Shown here in pieces: positions 16,482 through 23,242 of a DNA stretch of 24,000 bases. How positions within the stretch are numbered: position 1 is the first letter of the stretch; each line of letters opens with the position of its first letter. The stretch spans positions 47,139-71,138 of the forward strand of contig NZ_JAMFLX010000021.1 in assembly GCF_023502345.1 (NCBI RefSeq), written 5' to 3'. The stretch is from Parendozoicomonas callyspongiae. Its GTDB lineage: Bacteria > Pseudomonadota > Gammaproteobacteria > Pseudomonadales > Endozoicomonadaceae. Both the position numbers and the translations under genes were made by a program. The notes under the pieces were generated by a model. That model saw nothing but the letters and a program-made list of their open reading frames with translations, was not told the DNA's origin and ran no database searches.

Positions 16482-18278
16482 ATGCCGGAATATAAGGCCC
16501 CCCTGCGTGACATCCGCTTTGTTCGCGATGAATTGTTTGGTTATCAAGAGCATTATGCGTCTTTGCCTGGTATGGATGAGGCAACGCCGGACATGGTCGA
16601 TGCCATTCTCGAAGAAGGTGCCAAGTTCTGTGAACAGGTTATTGCTCCGCTGAATCAGGTGGGAGACAGGGAAGGCTGCACATGGTCAGAAGAGGGTGTC
16701 ACCACACCAAACGGCTTCAAGGAAGCCTATCAGCAGTTTGTTGAAGGCGGCTGGCCATCACTGGCCCATGAGCCGGAGTTTGGTGGTCAGGGTTTGCCGG
16801 AATCTCTCAACCTCGTGATGAGTGAGTTGATTGGTGAAGCCAACTGGTCCTGGGGTATGTACCCCGGATTGAGTCATGGTGCAATGAATACGCTGCATGC
16901 ACACGGTACCCCAGAACAGCAACAGACCTATCTGACCAAGCTGGTAAGTGGTGAGTGGACCGGCACCATGTGCCTGACAGAGCCTCACTGTGGTACTGAT
17001 CTGGGTATGTTGCGGACTAAGGCAGAGCCTCAGGCGGATGGAACATACAAGGTGACCGGCACCAAGATATTTATTTCAGCCGGTGAGCACGATATGGCAG
17101 ATAACATTGTTCATATTGTGCTGGCCCGTCTTCCTGATGCGCCTCAGGGAACCAAGGGTATTTCACTGTTTATCGTGCCCAAGTGTCTGCCTAATGATGA
17201 TGGCTCGGCTGGTGAGCGTAATGCTGTGTCCTGTGGTTCTCTTGAGCACAAGATGGGCATCCACGGTAATTCCACCTGCGTTATGAACTTTGATGGTGCT
17301 ACCGGCTACCTGATCGGGCCCCCCAACAAAGGTTTGAACTGCATGTTCACCTTCATGAACACTGCCCGTATTGGTACCGGTCTGCAGGGGCTGGCTCATG
17401 CCGAAATCGCTTACCAGGGTGCACTGCGCTATGCGCGTGAACGCTTGCAGATGCGCTCGCTGACTGGTCCGAAAAACCCTGATGGCCCAGCTGACCCGAT
17501 TATTGTACATCCAGATGTTCGTCGGATGCTTTTGACCATGAAAGCTTTTGCAGAAGGTAACCGGGCGTTGCTGTTCTATGCTGGCAAGCATGCGGATATT
17601 GTCCAGCACTCAGCAGATGAGGAAGAGCGCAAAGCCTCTGATGCCCTGCTTGGTTTCCTGACTCCAATTGTAAAAGCCTTTATGACAGAAACCGGATTTG
17701 AAGCAGCCAACCTTGGTGTCCAGTGTTACGGTGGTCATGGCTTTATCAGTGAGTGGGGCATGGAGCAGAATGTCCGCGACTCCCGTATCTCGCTTCTTTA
17801 TGAGGGAACAACCGGTATTCAGGCGCTTGATCTGCTTGGTCGTAAGGTTTTGATGACGCAGGGTGAATCCTTGAAAGGCTTCACCAAGGTTGTTCATAAA
17901 TTCTGTCAGAAGCATGTCGATGATGAAGCTCTGAAAGACTACATCCCCAAGCTGTCTGCTCTGAACAAGGAGTGGGGTGAGCTGACCGTGAAGGTTGGAA
18001 TGAAGGCCATGAAGAACAGGGAAGAGGTTGGTTCAGCCGCTGTGGATTACCTGATGTACTCCGGCTATGTCGTTCTGGCTTACCTGTGGGCTGATATGGT
18101 GCGGGTTGCCAAGGACAAACTGGCCGAAGGATCAACAGAAGAAGGTTTCTACACCTCCAAAGTTCAGACTGCCGACTTCTACTTCCAGAAGATTCTGCCT
18201 CGTACACAGACTCATAAAGCCTGTATCGAAGCAGGTGCGGAAAGTGTTATGGCTATGTCTGAAGCTCACTTTGGCTAA
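16482..18278 (+). CDS. Long acyl-CoA dehydrogenase (about 600 aa, Pseudomonas PA0506/FadE1-type, with N-terminal extension and C-terminal helical domain)
   Basis: 598 aa. MPEYKAPLRDIRFVRDEL..., GGWPSLAHEPEFGGQGLP, WTGTMCLTEPHCGTDLG, GTKIFISAGEHD, ARLPDAP.GTKGISLFIVPK, CGSLEHKMGIHGNSTCVMNFDGATGYLIG, YGGHGFISEWGMEQNVRDSRISLLYEGTTGIQALDL. GAGG 10 nt upstream. Confidence 0.95.
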   Translation: MPEYKAPLRDIRFVRDELFGYQEHYASLPGMDEATPDMVDAILEEGAKFCEQVIAPLNQVGDREGCTWSEEGVTTPNGFKEAYQQFVEGGWPSLAHEPEFGGQGLPESLNLVMSELIGEANWSWGMYPGLSHGAMNTLHAHGTPEQQQTYLTKLVSGEWTGTMCLTEPHCGTDLGMLRTKAEPQADGTYKVTGTKIFISAGEHDMADNIVHIVLARLPDAPQGTKGISLFIVPKCLPNDDGSAGERNAVSCGSLEHKMGIHGNSTCVMNFDGATGYLIGPPNKGLNCMFTFMNTARIGTGLQGLAHAEIAYQGALRYARERLQMRSLTGPKNPDGPADPIIVHPDVRRMLLTMKAFAEGNRALLFYAGKHADIVQHSADEEERKASDALLGFLTPIVKAFMTETGFEAANLGVQCYGGHGFISEWGMEQNVRDSRISLLYEGTTGIQALDLLGRKVLMTQGESLKGFTKVVHKFCQKHVDDEALKDYIPKLSALNKEWGELTVKVGMKAMKNREEVGSAAVDYLMYSGYVVLAYLWADMVRVAKDKLAEGSTEEGFYTSKVQTADFYFQKILPRTQTHKACIEAGAESVMAMSEAHFG

Positions 18279-18300
18279 GACTCAATTTGTTTGACTCGCA

Positions 18301-18337
18301 GGCTTTTGGGTTGATCCTGACCCAAAAGCCTTTTGTT
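18301..18337 (+). terminator. Intrinsic terminator of acyl-CoA dehydrogenase 1
   Basis: ggcttttgggt (18301-18311) / acccaaaagcc (18320-18330), an 11-bp perfect stem with an 8-nt loop, followed by TTTTGTT. Confidence 0.75.
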
Positions 18338-18554
18338 ATTCTGCTCCTGATACATGTATTTCCAGCTGGCTTTTGCTGAGCGCCAAAGCAGATAGATCGT
18401 GGGAACTAGCCGAAGAAAGAAAAGGGTATTGCTCCCCCATTCAGTCAGCTTCTGGGAAGCTCTCAGCTTAGCTGCTGGCAGCTGATTAAATGTTAACCGT
18501 CTGTGTTAAATCGTTAGACTTCAGCTTTAATTGATAAAAAAGCCCTGCTTGATG

Positions 18555-19253
18555 TTAATGTATTTGGCCAGCTGCCTTCCTGAAAGATTTTTTGATTTCT
18601 TCTCTAATTATTGGCTTGGCGCATTCACCTGTGTATCTATTGTTATCCAGTTGCCGGGATATTTCTCTTTGTATAATCGGTGATGACAACTCATTTATCA
18701 GTGGTTTTAAAGCCAAAAACAGAGGCTCCATTTTGGCTCCGATGGTTGACCTAAGTGTTGATTGTTCTTTCGCAGCAGCTTGTATTTCTTCATCTGTTAG
18801 TTTGGGCAAGCCTTGCGTTGTTAACTGTTCAATGATCTGAGACTGGATAAGTTTTGCAATATCCATCTGAGTCTGGATAAAGCGTATAACCAAGTCTTTT
18901 GGGAGACCAAGCCTTTTAGCTTTTTGGATGGCTTTATCTAACACCCTTTTCTCCTGACCCTCATCGAATGGCTCAACTCCCATGGTGAACTTCAGTTCAC
19001 CCATTCTGGGCATAAGGTTAAGGCGCTCACAGGTGATATTAAGCAGTTGCGTGATTTGTTCCCGAACATGCGTGTCAGACAGATCAAGGTTGTTCACAGA
19101 TATTGCATGAAGTGGCCTGGATGGAGAGGCATTTCCCCGTGGAAGGTGGAGCTTAGAGAGATCAGGTTCACCCTGGCTGCGTATCAGTTGCGAGCTTGCC
19201 AGCAAAGGAGTCCCGGAGTGGGTATATACGGGCTTGGAAACCGGACTGGCCAT
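18555..19253 (-). CDS. Chorismate mutase-like protein, periplasmic/secreted AroQ-gamma type by sequence pattern, with an atypical S/P-rich N-terminus
   Basis: The maximal track ORF 18555..19631 overlaps the well-supported GNAT gene by 326 nt. The first ATG downstream of the GNAT stop (19253..19251, MASPVSKPV...) has AGGTGA 4 nt upstream. The core ERLNLMPRMGELKFTMGVEPFDEGQEKRVLDKAIQKAKRLGLPKDLVIRFIQTQMDIAKLIQSQ and the later STLRSTIGAKM follow the AroQ helix pattern (R...K......P.D..xE..VL....A...GL......F..Q...K.IQ). Confidence 0.55.
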   Translation of the reverse strand: MASPVSKPVYTHSGTPLLASSQLIRSQGEPDLSKLHLPRGNASPSRPLHAISVNNLDLSDTHVREQITQLLNITCERLNLMPRMGELKFTMGVEPFDEGQEKRVLDKAIQKAKRLGLPKDLVIRFIQTQMDIAKLIQSQIIEQLTTQGLPKLTDEEIQAAAKEQSTLRSTIGAKMEPLFLALKPLINELSSPIIQREISRQLDNNRYTGECAKPIIREEIKKSFRKAAGQIH

Positions 19254-19305
19254 GAAATCACCTGCATTTGTCTGTTGCAGAGGATTTCGGCCTGTATTGC
19301 TGAAG

Positions 19306-19818
19306 CTATAGCTGTTTTTGCCAGTAACAGGTGTCGTGCCACTCTCCAAATTTGAAACCGACTTTATGAAGGTGTCCAACCTGCTGGAACCCAATACGCT
19401 CATGCAGTTTGATGCTGCGAGGGTTGGGCAGGGTGATAACTCCAATAGCTGTTGTGATGCCCAGGCTGGCCAGCTGAGCCAGAAGCTCGCGATAAAGCAG
19501 AGAGCCAGTGCCACGGCTGTGGCTTGTGGAGTCCATATAGACGCTGGTCTCGCAGGCAAAGCGGTAGGCTGATCGCTCCTTCCAGGGGCTGGCATAGGCA
19601 TATCCGACAACATCTCCTTTTTCAGTCGCAACCAGCCATGGATAACTGATTGGGAAGCTATCCGTAACCTTGCGAACCCTTTCTTCGATTTGTTTTTCGG
19701 TCACCAGCTGTTCTTCAAAAGTGCTGGTGGAGTGTTGAATATAGTGGTTGTAGATACGGGTGATGGCTTGGATGTCCTGTGGCCCGATATCTCTGATAGT
19801 TCTATCTGGGTCGCTCAT
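19306..19818 (-). CDS. GNAT N-acetyltransferase, phosphinothricin/methionine-sulfoximine acetyltransferase (PAT/MddA-like) family
   Basis: 170 aa. IRDIGPQDIQAITRIYNHYIQHSTSTFEE..., WLVATEKGDVVGYAYASPWKERSAYRF..ETSVYMDSTSHSRGTGSLLYRELLAQLASLG...LPNPRSIKLHERIGFQQVGHLHKVGFKFGEWHDTCYWQKQL is collinear with PAT-family proteins to the very C-terminus. Confidence 0.9.
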   Translation of the reverse strand: MSDPDRTIRDIGPQDIQAITRIYNHYIQHSTSTFEEQLVTEKQIEERVRKVTDSFPISYPWLVATEKGDVVGYAYASPWKERSAYRFACETSVYMDSTSHSRGTGSLLYRELLAQLASLGITTAIGVITLPNPRSIKLHERIGFQQVGHLHKVGFKFGEWHDTCYWQKQL

Positions 19819-19900
19819 AGCTTTCTTCTGCCAGGATTTACTTTTCTGCCCTTGAAGAGTATGCCAGACTGGCGGGGGTTTTGGGGGAGTTCATTGCATT

Positions 19901-20227
19901 ATGCTGCCAGTTACGGACGAATCTGAAGAAATTCTAAGTACAAATGAAAAACTGAATCTAGAAACAGCCCGGATCCCATGGGCAGAGTTACAGCGCCTTT
20001 ATGCCAGAGGGGTTGTAATGGTGGTTTCTGAGAACCTTGATCTGGTCTCGGTTGCAGTAGCTGTGGTGGATGATTTGGCGGATCAGGTCAAAGCATGGGT
20101 TGGACAGGGCAAATTACGCAGGGCGACTGATAAGGATGCTCTGGAATGGTATGAAGGTGAAGCATCTTTATGGGCAGTAGCCGTTGCGCCCTGGGTGCTG
20201 GTTCAACAAGAAAAGAGTAGAGATTAA
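19901..20227 (+). CDS. DUF2288 family protein
   Basis: 108 aa. ETARIPWAELQRLYARGVVMVVSENLDLVSVAVAVVDD...VKAWVGQGKL...WAVAVAPWVLVQ matches my recollection of the DUF2288 conserved blocks. GGGGAG upstream. Confidence 0.7.
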   Translation: MLPVTDESEEILSTNEKLNLETARIPWAELQRLYARGVVMVVSENLDLVSVAVAVVDDLADQVKAWVGQGKLRRATDKDALEWYEGEASLWAVAVAPWVLVQQEKSRD

Positions 20228-20817
20228 AACTTCCAGCCAAAGGCCAGTTCCTGCAGATTGAAGCCATCATTTTCTTTGTGGAAGTTGGCGTTGGAGTAGT
20301 GGAAAGCTCTCAAAACCACAGAATACTGTTGCCTGTCGCCAAAGCTGAATCCAAGGCCGATACGGTCTTCAAACTGCAGTTTTATTCCAAGATCGACCGA
20401 ATCATTGTTCTTGGCCTTGAGACGGCTGCCGGACAGCATTGATAAACCGATACCCGCTTCTGCAAAAGGAGTAAATGTTCCAAACCAGGGAGAATTGCGG
20501 GTTATCCGGAAAACGGGAGAGAAGGCGAGTGCTGATATGGAATCCTTGCCTTTAACACTGGTTCCTGGACCATCAGAAAGCCGACTTTTCCAGTGGTTGA
20601 CGGAAAGGTCAAAATATCCCCCAACATGCCAGTCACCTTCATTGAACCAGCGGCTGTTCCAATCACGGGTCAAAGCAATGCGATAGCTGTTCAGGTGGGC
20701 ATTGCTGTGGAAATCCTGCCCCCCGGAGACCATTACGCCATCAAACCATTGAGCATGGCTGGTTGTTGAAGTGAAGATGAGGAAGATAAAAGCTGCTTGC
20801 CTGATAAGCCTTTCCAT
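20224..20817 (-). CDS. Outer-membrane acyloxyacyl hydrolase / lipid A 3-O-deacylase PagL-like beta-barrel
   Basis: 197 aa. Signal peptide MERLIRQAAFIFLIFTSTTSHA|QW, alternating beta-strand pattern, a C-terminal aromatic residue (GWKF), and the PagL-type catalytic motif context AFHYSNANF (His-x-Ser-Asn). GGAG 10 nt upstream. Confidence 0.75.
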   Translation of the reverse strand: MERLIRQAAFIFLIFTSTTSHAQWFDGVMVSGGQDFHSNAHLNSYRIALTRDWNSRWFNEGDWHVGGYFDLSVNHWKSRLSDGPGTSVKGKDSISALAFSPVFRITRNSPWFGTFTPFAEAGIGLSMLSGSRLKAKNNDSVDLGIKLQFEDRIGLGFSFGDRQQYSVVLRAFHYSNANFHKENDGFNLQELAFGWKF

Positions 20818-20880
20818 GGCCTGACTCCAGTAAACCCATATACCAGAATTTGATCGGCCAAGGACGGGGCTTCTTCAGGG

Positions 20881-21201
20881 CTATCGGGTTTCGTCGAGAA
20901 TGGCAAAACTAAGGAAGGTGGCTGGCAAGGCCACTATTAGGAGAATATGCAGCATTGGGCTGCTCAGGACTATAAGACCTGCTCCCATCCAGATGCGTTT
21001 CACGATCTTTCTTTTTCTCTGATGACTATCGGTGAACAGGCGGCGATAAGGGTGGCGCTCATCAGGCTCTTTATCCTGCATCCAATGAGGCAGAAAATGG
21101 TGGTTGATCCACAGGCGGATCATGACCCAAAACATATGCATCCGCCTCTCCCTGGCAAGTGAATCCGTTTTGAAGCTGGAACTAATAAATCTAACCTGCA
21201 T
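20881..21201 (-). CDS. Hypothetical small membrane protein (start uncertain; real product may be about 66-86 aa)
   Basis: This is the only ORF filling the 20818-21391 gap. The C-terminal hydrophobic hairpin IWMGAGLIVLSSPMLHILLIVALPATFLSFAIL is preceded by a basic stretch HQRKRKIVKR (positive-inside). No family was recognised. Internal Met candidates are at 21141, 21135 and 21081. Confidence 0.35.
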   Translation of the reverse strand: MQVRFISSSFKTDSLARERRMHMFWVMIRLWINHHFLPHWMQDKEPDERHPYRRLFTDSHQRKRKIVKRIWMGAGLIVLSSPMLHILLIVALPATFLSFAILDETR

Positions 21202-21276
21202 TAGCTGTACTGGCCAGATAATAACCTCTGAAAACTACACTATCTATGAGGCAAGAGTCCCAGATATGGCATAAAG

Positions 21277-21292
21277 TCAAACGCTCGTTTGA
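21277..21292. promoter_or_regulatory. PsrA-type operator candidate TCAAACG-CT-CGTTTGA
   Basis: A perfect 7-bp inverted repeat with a 2-bp spacer. The core CAAAC-N4-GTTTG matches the PsrA palindrome exactly. It overlaps the predicted -35 of the acyl-CoA dehydrogenase 2 promoter. Confidence 0.5.
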
Positions 21293-21316
21293 AGGTGTAT
21301 GAAATGCAGGTATGAT
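21289..21316 (+). promoter_or_regulatory. Candidate sigma70 promoter of acyl-CoA dehydrogenase 2
   Basis: TTGAAG (21289-21294), a 16-nt spacer, then TATGAT (21311-21316), about 76 nt upstream of the ATG at 21392. Confidence 0.4.
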
Positions 21317-21391
21317 ACGTATCAACCGAAATAAAGGCTTCTCCAGCAGGCAGGGATAGGCCACTAACAACAAAGTATGCAGAGGTAGAGC

Positions 21392-23179
21392 ATGGCTGAA
21401 TATAAAGCTCCTTTAAGGGATATGCACTTCGTTTTGAACGAAGTTTTTCAGGCCGGCCAGCTATGGGCATCCATGCCAGGTCTGGCAGAGGTCGTTGATC
21501 CTGAAACTGCTGAAGCCATTCTTGAGGAAGGGGCAAAGCTGACCAGCCGAGAGCTTGCACCGCTGAACCGTTCTGGCGATGAAGAAGGAGCGGTCTGGAA
21601 AGAAGGTACGGTCACTACGCCCAAAGGGTTTAAAGAGGCTTTTAACACCTACGCAGAAGGTGGCTGGGTAGGCTTGGGAGGAAATCCTGAGTTTGGCGGT
21701 ATGGGTATGCCCAAGATGCTCTCTGTACAGTTTGAAGAGATGATGTATAGCGCCAACAACTCATTCACGCTTTACCCAGTTCTTACTGCCGGAGCCTGTC
21801 TGGCCATAAATGCTCATGCTAGCGAAGAGCTGAAAGAAGCTTACCTTCCCAGAATGTATTCGGGCGAGTGGGCTGGCTCTATGTGCCTGACTGAACCACA
21901 TAGCGGTACTGATCTCGGCATTATACGGACCAAGGCTGAGCCCCAGGCTGATGGAACCTACTCTGTTACGGGAACCAAGATCTTTATCACCGGCGGCGAA
22001 CACGATTTGAATGACAATATCATTCATCTGGTTCTGGCCAAGCTTCCCGATGCCCCTGCAGGTCCACGCGGTATCTCATTATTCCTTGTTCCCAAGGTGC
22101 TCGTGAATGGAGATGGTTCTCTTGGTGAAAACAATGCTGTCAGCTGTGGCTCCATTGAACACAAGATGGGGATCAAGGCTTCTGCAACCTGTGTGATGAA
22201 CTTTGATGGCGCAACAGGCTATCTGGTGGGAGAAGTGAACAAAGGGCTGGCAGCCATGTTCACCATGATGAACTACGAGCGCCTGTCTATCGGCATCCAG
22301 GGGCTGGGGTGTTCCGAGATGACTTATCAGAACGCTCTTGAGTATGCCAAAGATCGCCTGCAGGGACGTGCTGCAACAGGCCCTGAAACCCCGGATAAAA
22401 TGGCAGACTCGATTATGGTGCATCCGGATATTCGCCGGATGCTGCTGAATATCAAGGCAACAACGGAAGGTGGTCGTGCATTTTCAACTTATGTGGGAAT
22501 GCAGCTGGATATTGCCAAGCACAGTGAAAATGAAGCCGAGAAGGCCAAGGCAGAGGCGTTGGTTGCTTTACTGACTCCTGTGGCAAAAGCCTTCTTCACA
22601 GATATTGGGCTGGAAAACTGCATTCTTGGTCAGCAGGTGCTTGGCGGCCATGGTTATGTGCGTGAGTGGGGGCAGGAGCAATTGGTTCGCGATGCCCGGA
22701 TTGCCCAGATTTATGAGGGAACTAACGGTATCCAGGCTTTGGATCTGATGGGACGTAAAACAGTTGCCAATGGAGGTAAGCTGTTTGGTCTTTTTGCTGA
22801 AGAGATCAGAGCATTTCTGGATCATGGCGGCCCAACAGGCCTGGGTGAGTTCAACAAGCCTCTGGCCAAGGCGTTGGCTGTTCTTGAAGAGTTGACAGAA
22901 AATATCATCGAAAAATCCAAGAGCAATCTAAACGAAGTTGGTGCCGCATCGGTAGAGTACCTGCATGCATTTGGTTATGTTGCATATGCCTACATGTGGG
23001 CTCGGATGGCCGATGTTGCCCTGCAAAACCTCGGTAAGGGTGAAGATGATTTCTATCAGGGGAAACTGAGTACTGCCCGTTATTACTTCAAACGTCTGAT
23101 GCCGCGACTGGATGCACTCAGTCAATCTGCAGGTTCGGGGGCTGATTCTCTGTTTGAGCTGGATGTTGAGCAGTTCTGA
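21392..23179 (+). CDS. Long acyl-CoA dehydrogenase, paralog of 16482..18278 (Pseudomonas PA0508/FadE2-type)
   Basis: 595 aa. MAEYKAPLRDMHFVLNEVF..., the same block structure as the paralog (WAGSMCLTEPHSGTDLG, GTKIFITGGEHD, AKLPDAPAGPRGISLFLVPK, CGSIEHKMGIKASATCVMNFDGATGYLVG, GGHGYVREWGQEQLVRDARIAQIYEGTNGIQALDL). AGAGG 7 nt upstream. Confidence 0.95.
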   Translation: MAEYKAPLRDMHFVLNEVFQAGQLWASMPGLAEVVDPETAEAILEEGAKLTSRELAPLNRSGDEEGAVWKEGTVTTPKGFKEAFNTYAEGGWVGLGGNPEFGGMGMPKMLSVQFEEMMYSANNSFTLYPVLTAGACLAINAHASEELKEAYLPRMYSGEWAGSMCLTEPHSGTDLGIIRTKAEPQADGTYSVTGTKIFITGGEHDLNDNIIHLVLAKLPDAPAGPRGISLFLVPKVLVNGDGSLGENNAVSCGSIEHKMGIKASATCVMNFDGATGYLVGEVNKGLAAMFTMMNYERLSIGIQGLGCSEMTYQNALEYAKDRLQGRAATGPETPDKMADSIMVHPDIRRMLLNIKATTEGGRAFSTYVGMQLDIAKHSENEAEKAKAEALVALLTPVAKAFFTDIGLENCILGQQVLGGHGYVREWGQEQLVRDARIAQIYEGTNGIQALDLMGRKTVANGGKLFGLFAEEIRAFLDHGGPTGLGEFNKPLAKALAVLEELTENIIEKSKSNLNEVGAASVEYLHAFGYVAYAYMWARMADVALQNLGKGEDDFYQGKLSTARYYFKRLMPRLDALSQSAGSGADSLFELDVEQF

Positions 23180-23194
23180 ATTTAGAAAGCGTTT

Positions 23195-23226
23195 AAAAAG
23201 GCCGGAGTTCCCGGCCTTTTTCTTTT
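23195..23226. terminator. Bidirectional intrinsic terminator between acyl-CoA dehydrogenase 2 and the M16 peptidase gene
   Basis: aaaaaggccgg (23195-23205) / ccggccttttt (23211-23221), an 11-bp stem (6 GC) with a 5-nt loop. An A-run lies before it and TTTTTCTTTT after it. Confidence 0.8.
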
Positions 23227-23242
23227 GGCTCATGGCTGTTTC

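Noticed and set aside
17163-18207. Three 101-148 aa minus-strand ORFs antisense to acyl-CoA dehydrogenase 1
   Set aside because: They are shadow ORFs of a highly conserved gene. The equivalent shadows also appear opposite the paralog (22079..22423, 22568..22825).
18336-18440. 34-codon minus-strand ORF (MGEQYPFLSSASSHDLSALALSKSQLEIHVSGAE), and a 21-nt resemblance of 18410-18430 to selO nucleotides 341-361 (gaa.a.aaagaa.gggtattg)
   Set aside because: I considered a selO-fragment remnant because of QYP... versus selO KQYPSFF. However, the similarity is about 15/21 nt in a purine-rich low-complexity string and vanishes on both sides. The ORF has no SD, and its 3' end overlaps the dehydrogenase terminator.
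18555-19631. Taking the full 358-aa track ORF at face value as the gene model
   Set aside because: It would overlap 326 nt of the GNAT gene, whose frame is conserved to its C-terminus. The SD-supported ATG at 19253 gives a non-overlapping model. The overlap is kept as a hypothesis in the findings rather than as the annotation.
21240-21560. 106-aa minus-strand ORF spanning the dehydrogenase 2 promoter and its first 56 codons
   Set aside because: It overlaps the conserved MAEYKAPLRDM... N-terminus and the predicted promoter/operator. The sequence has no features of a real protein.
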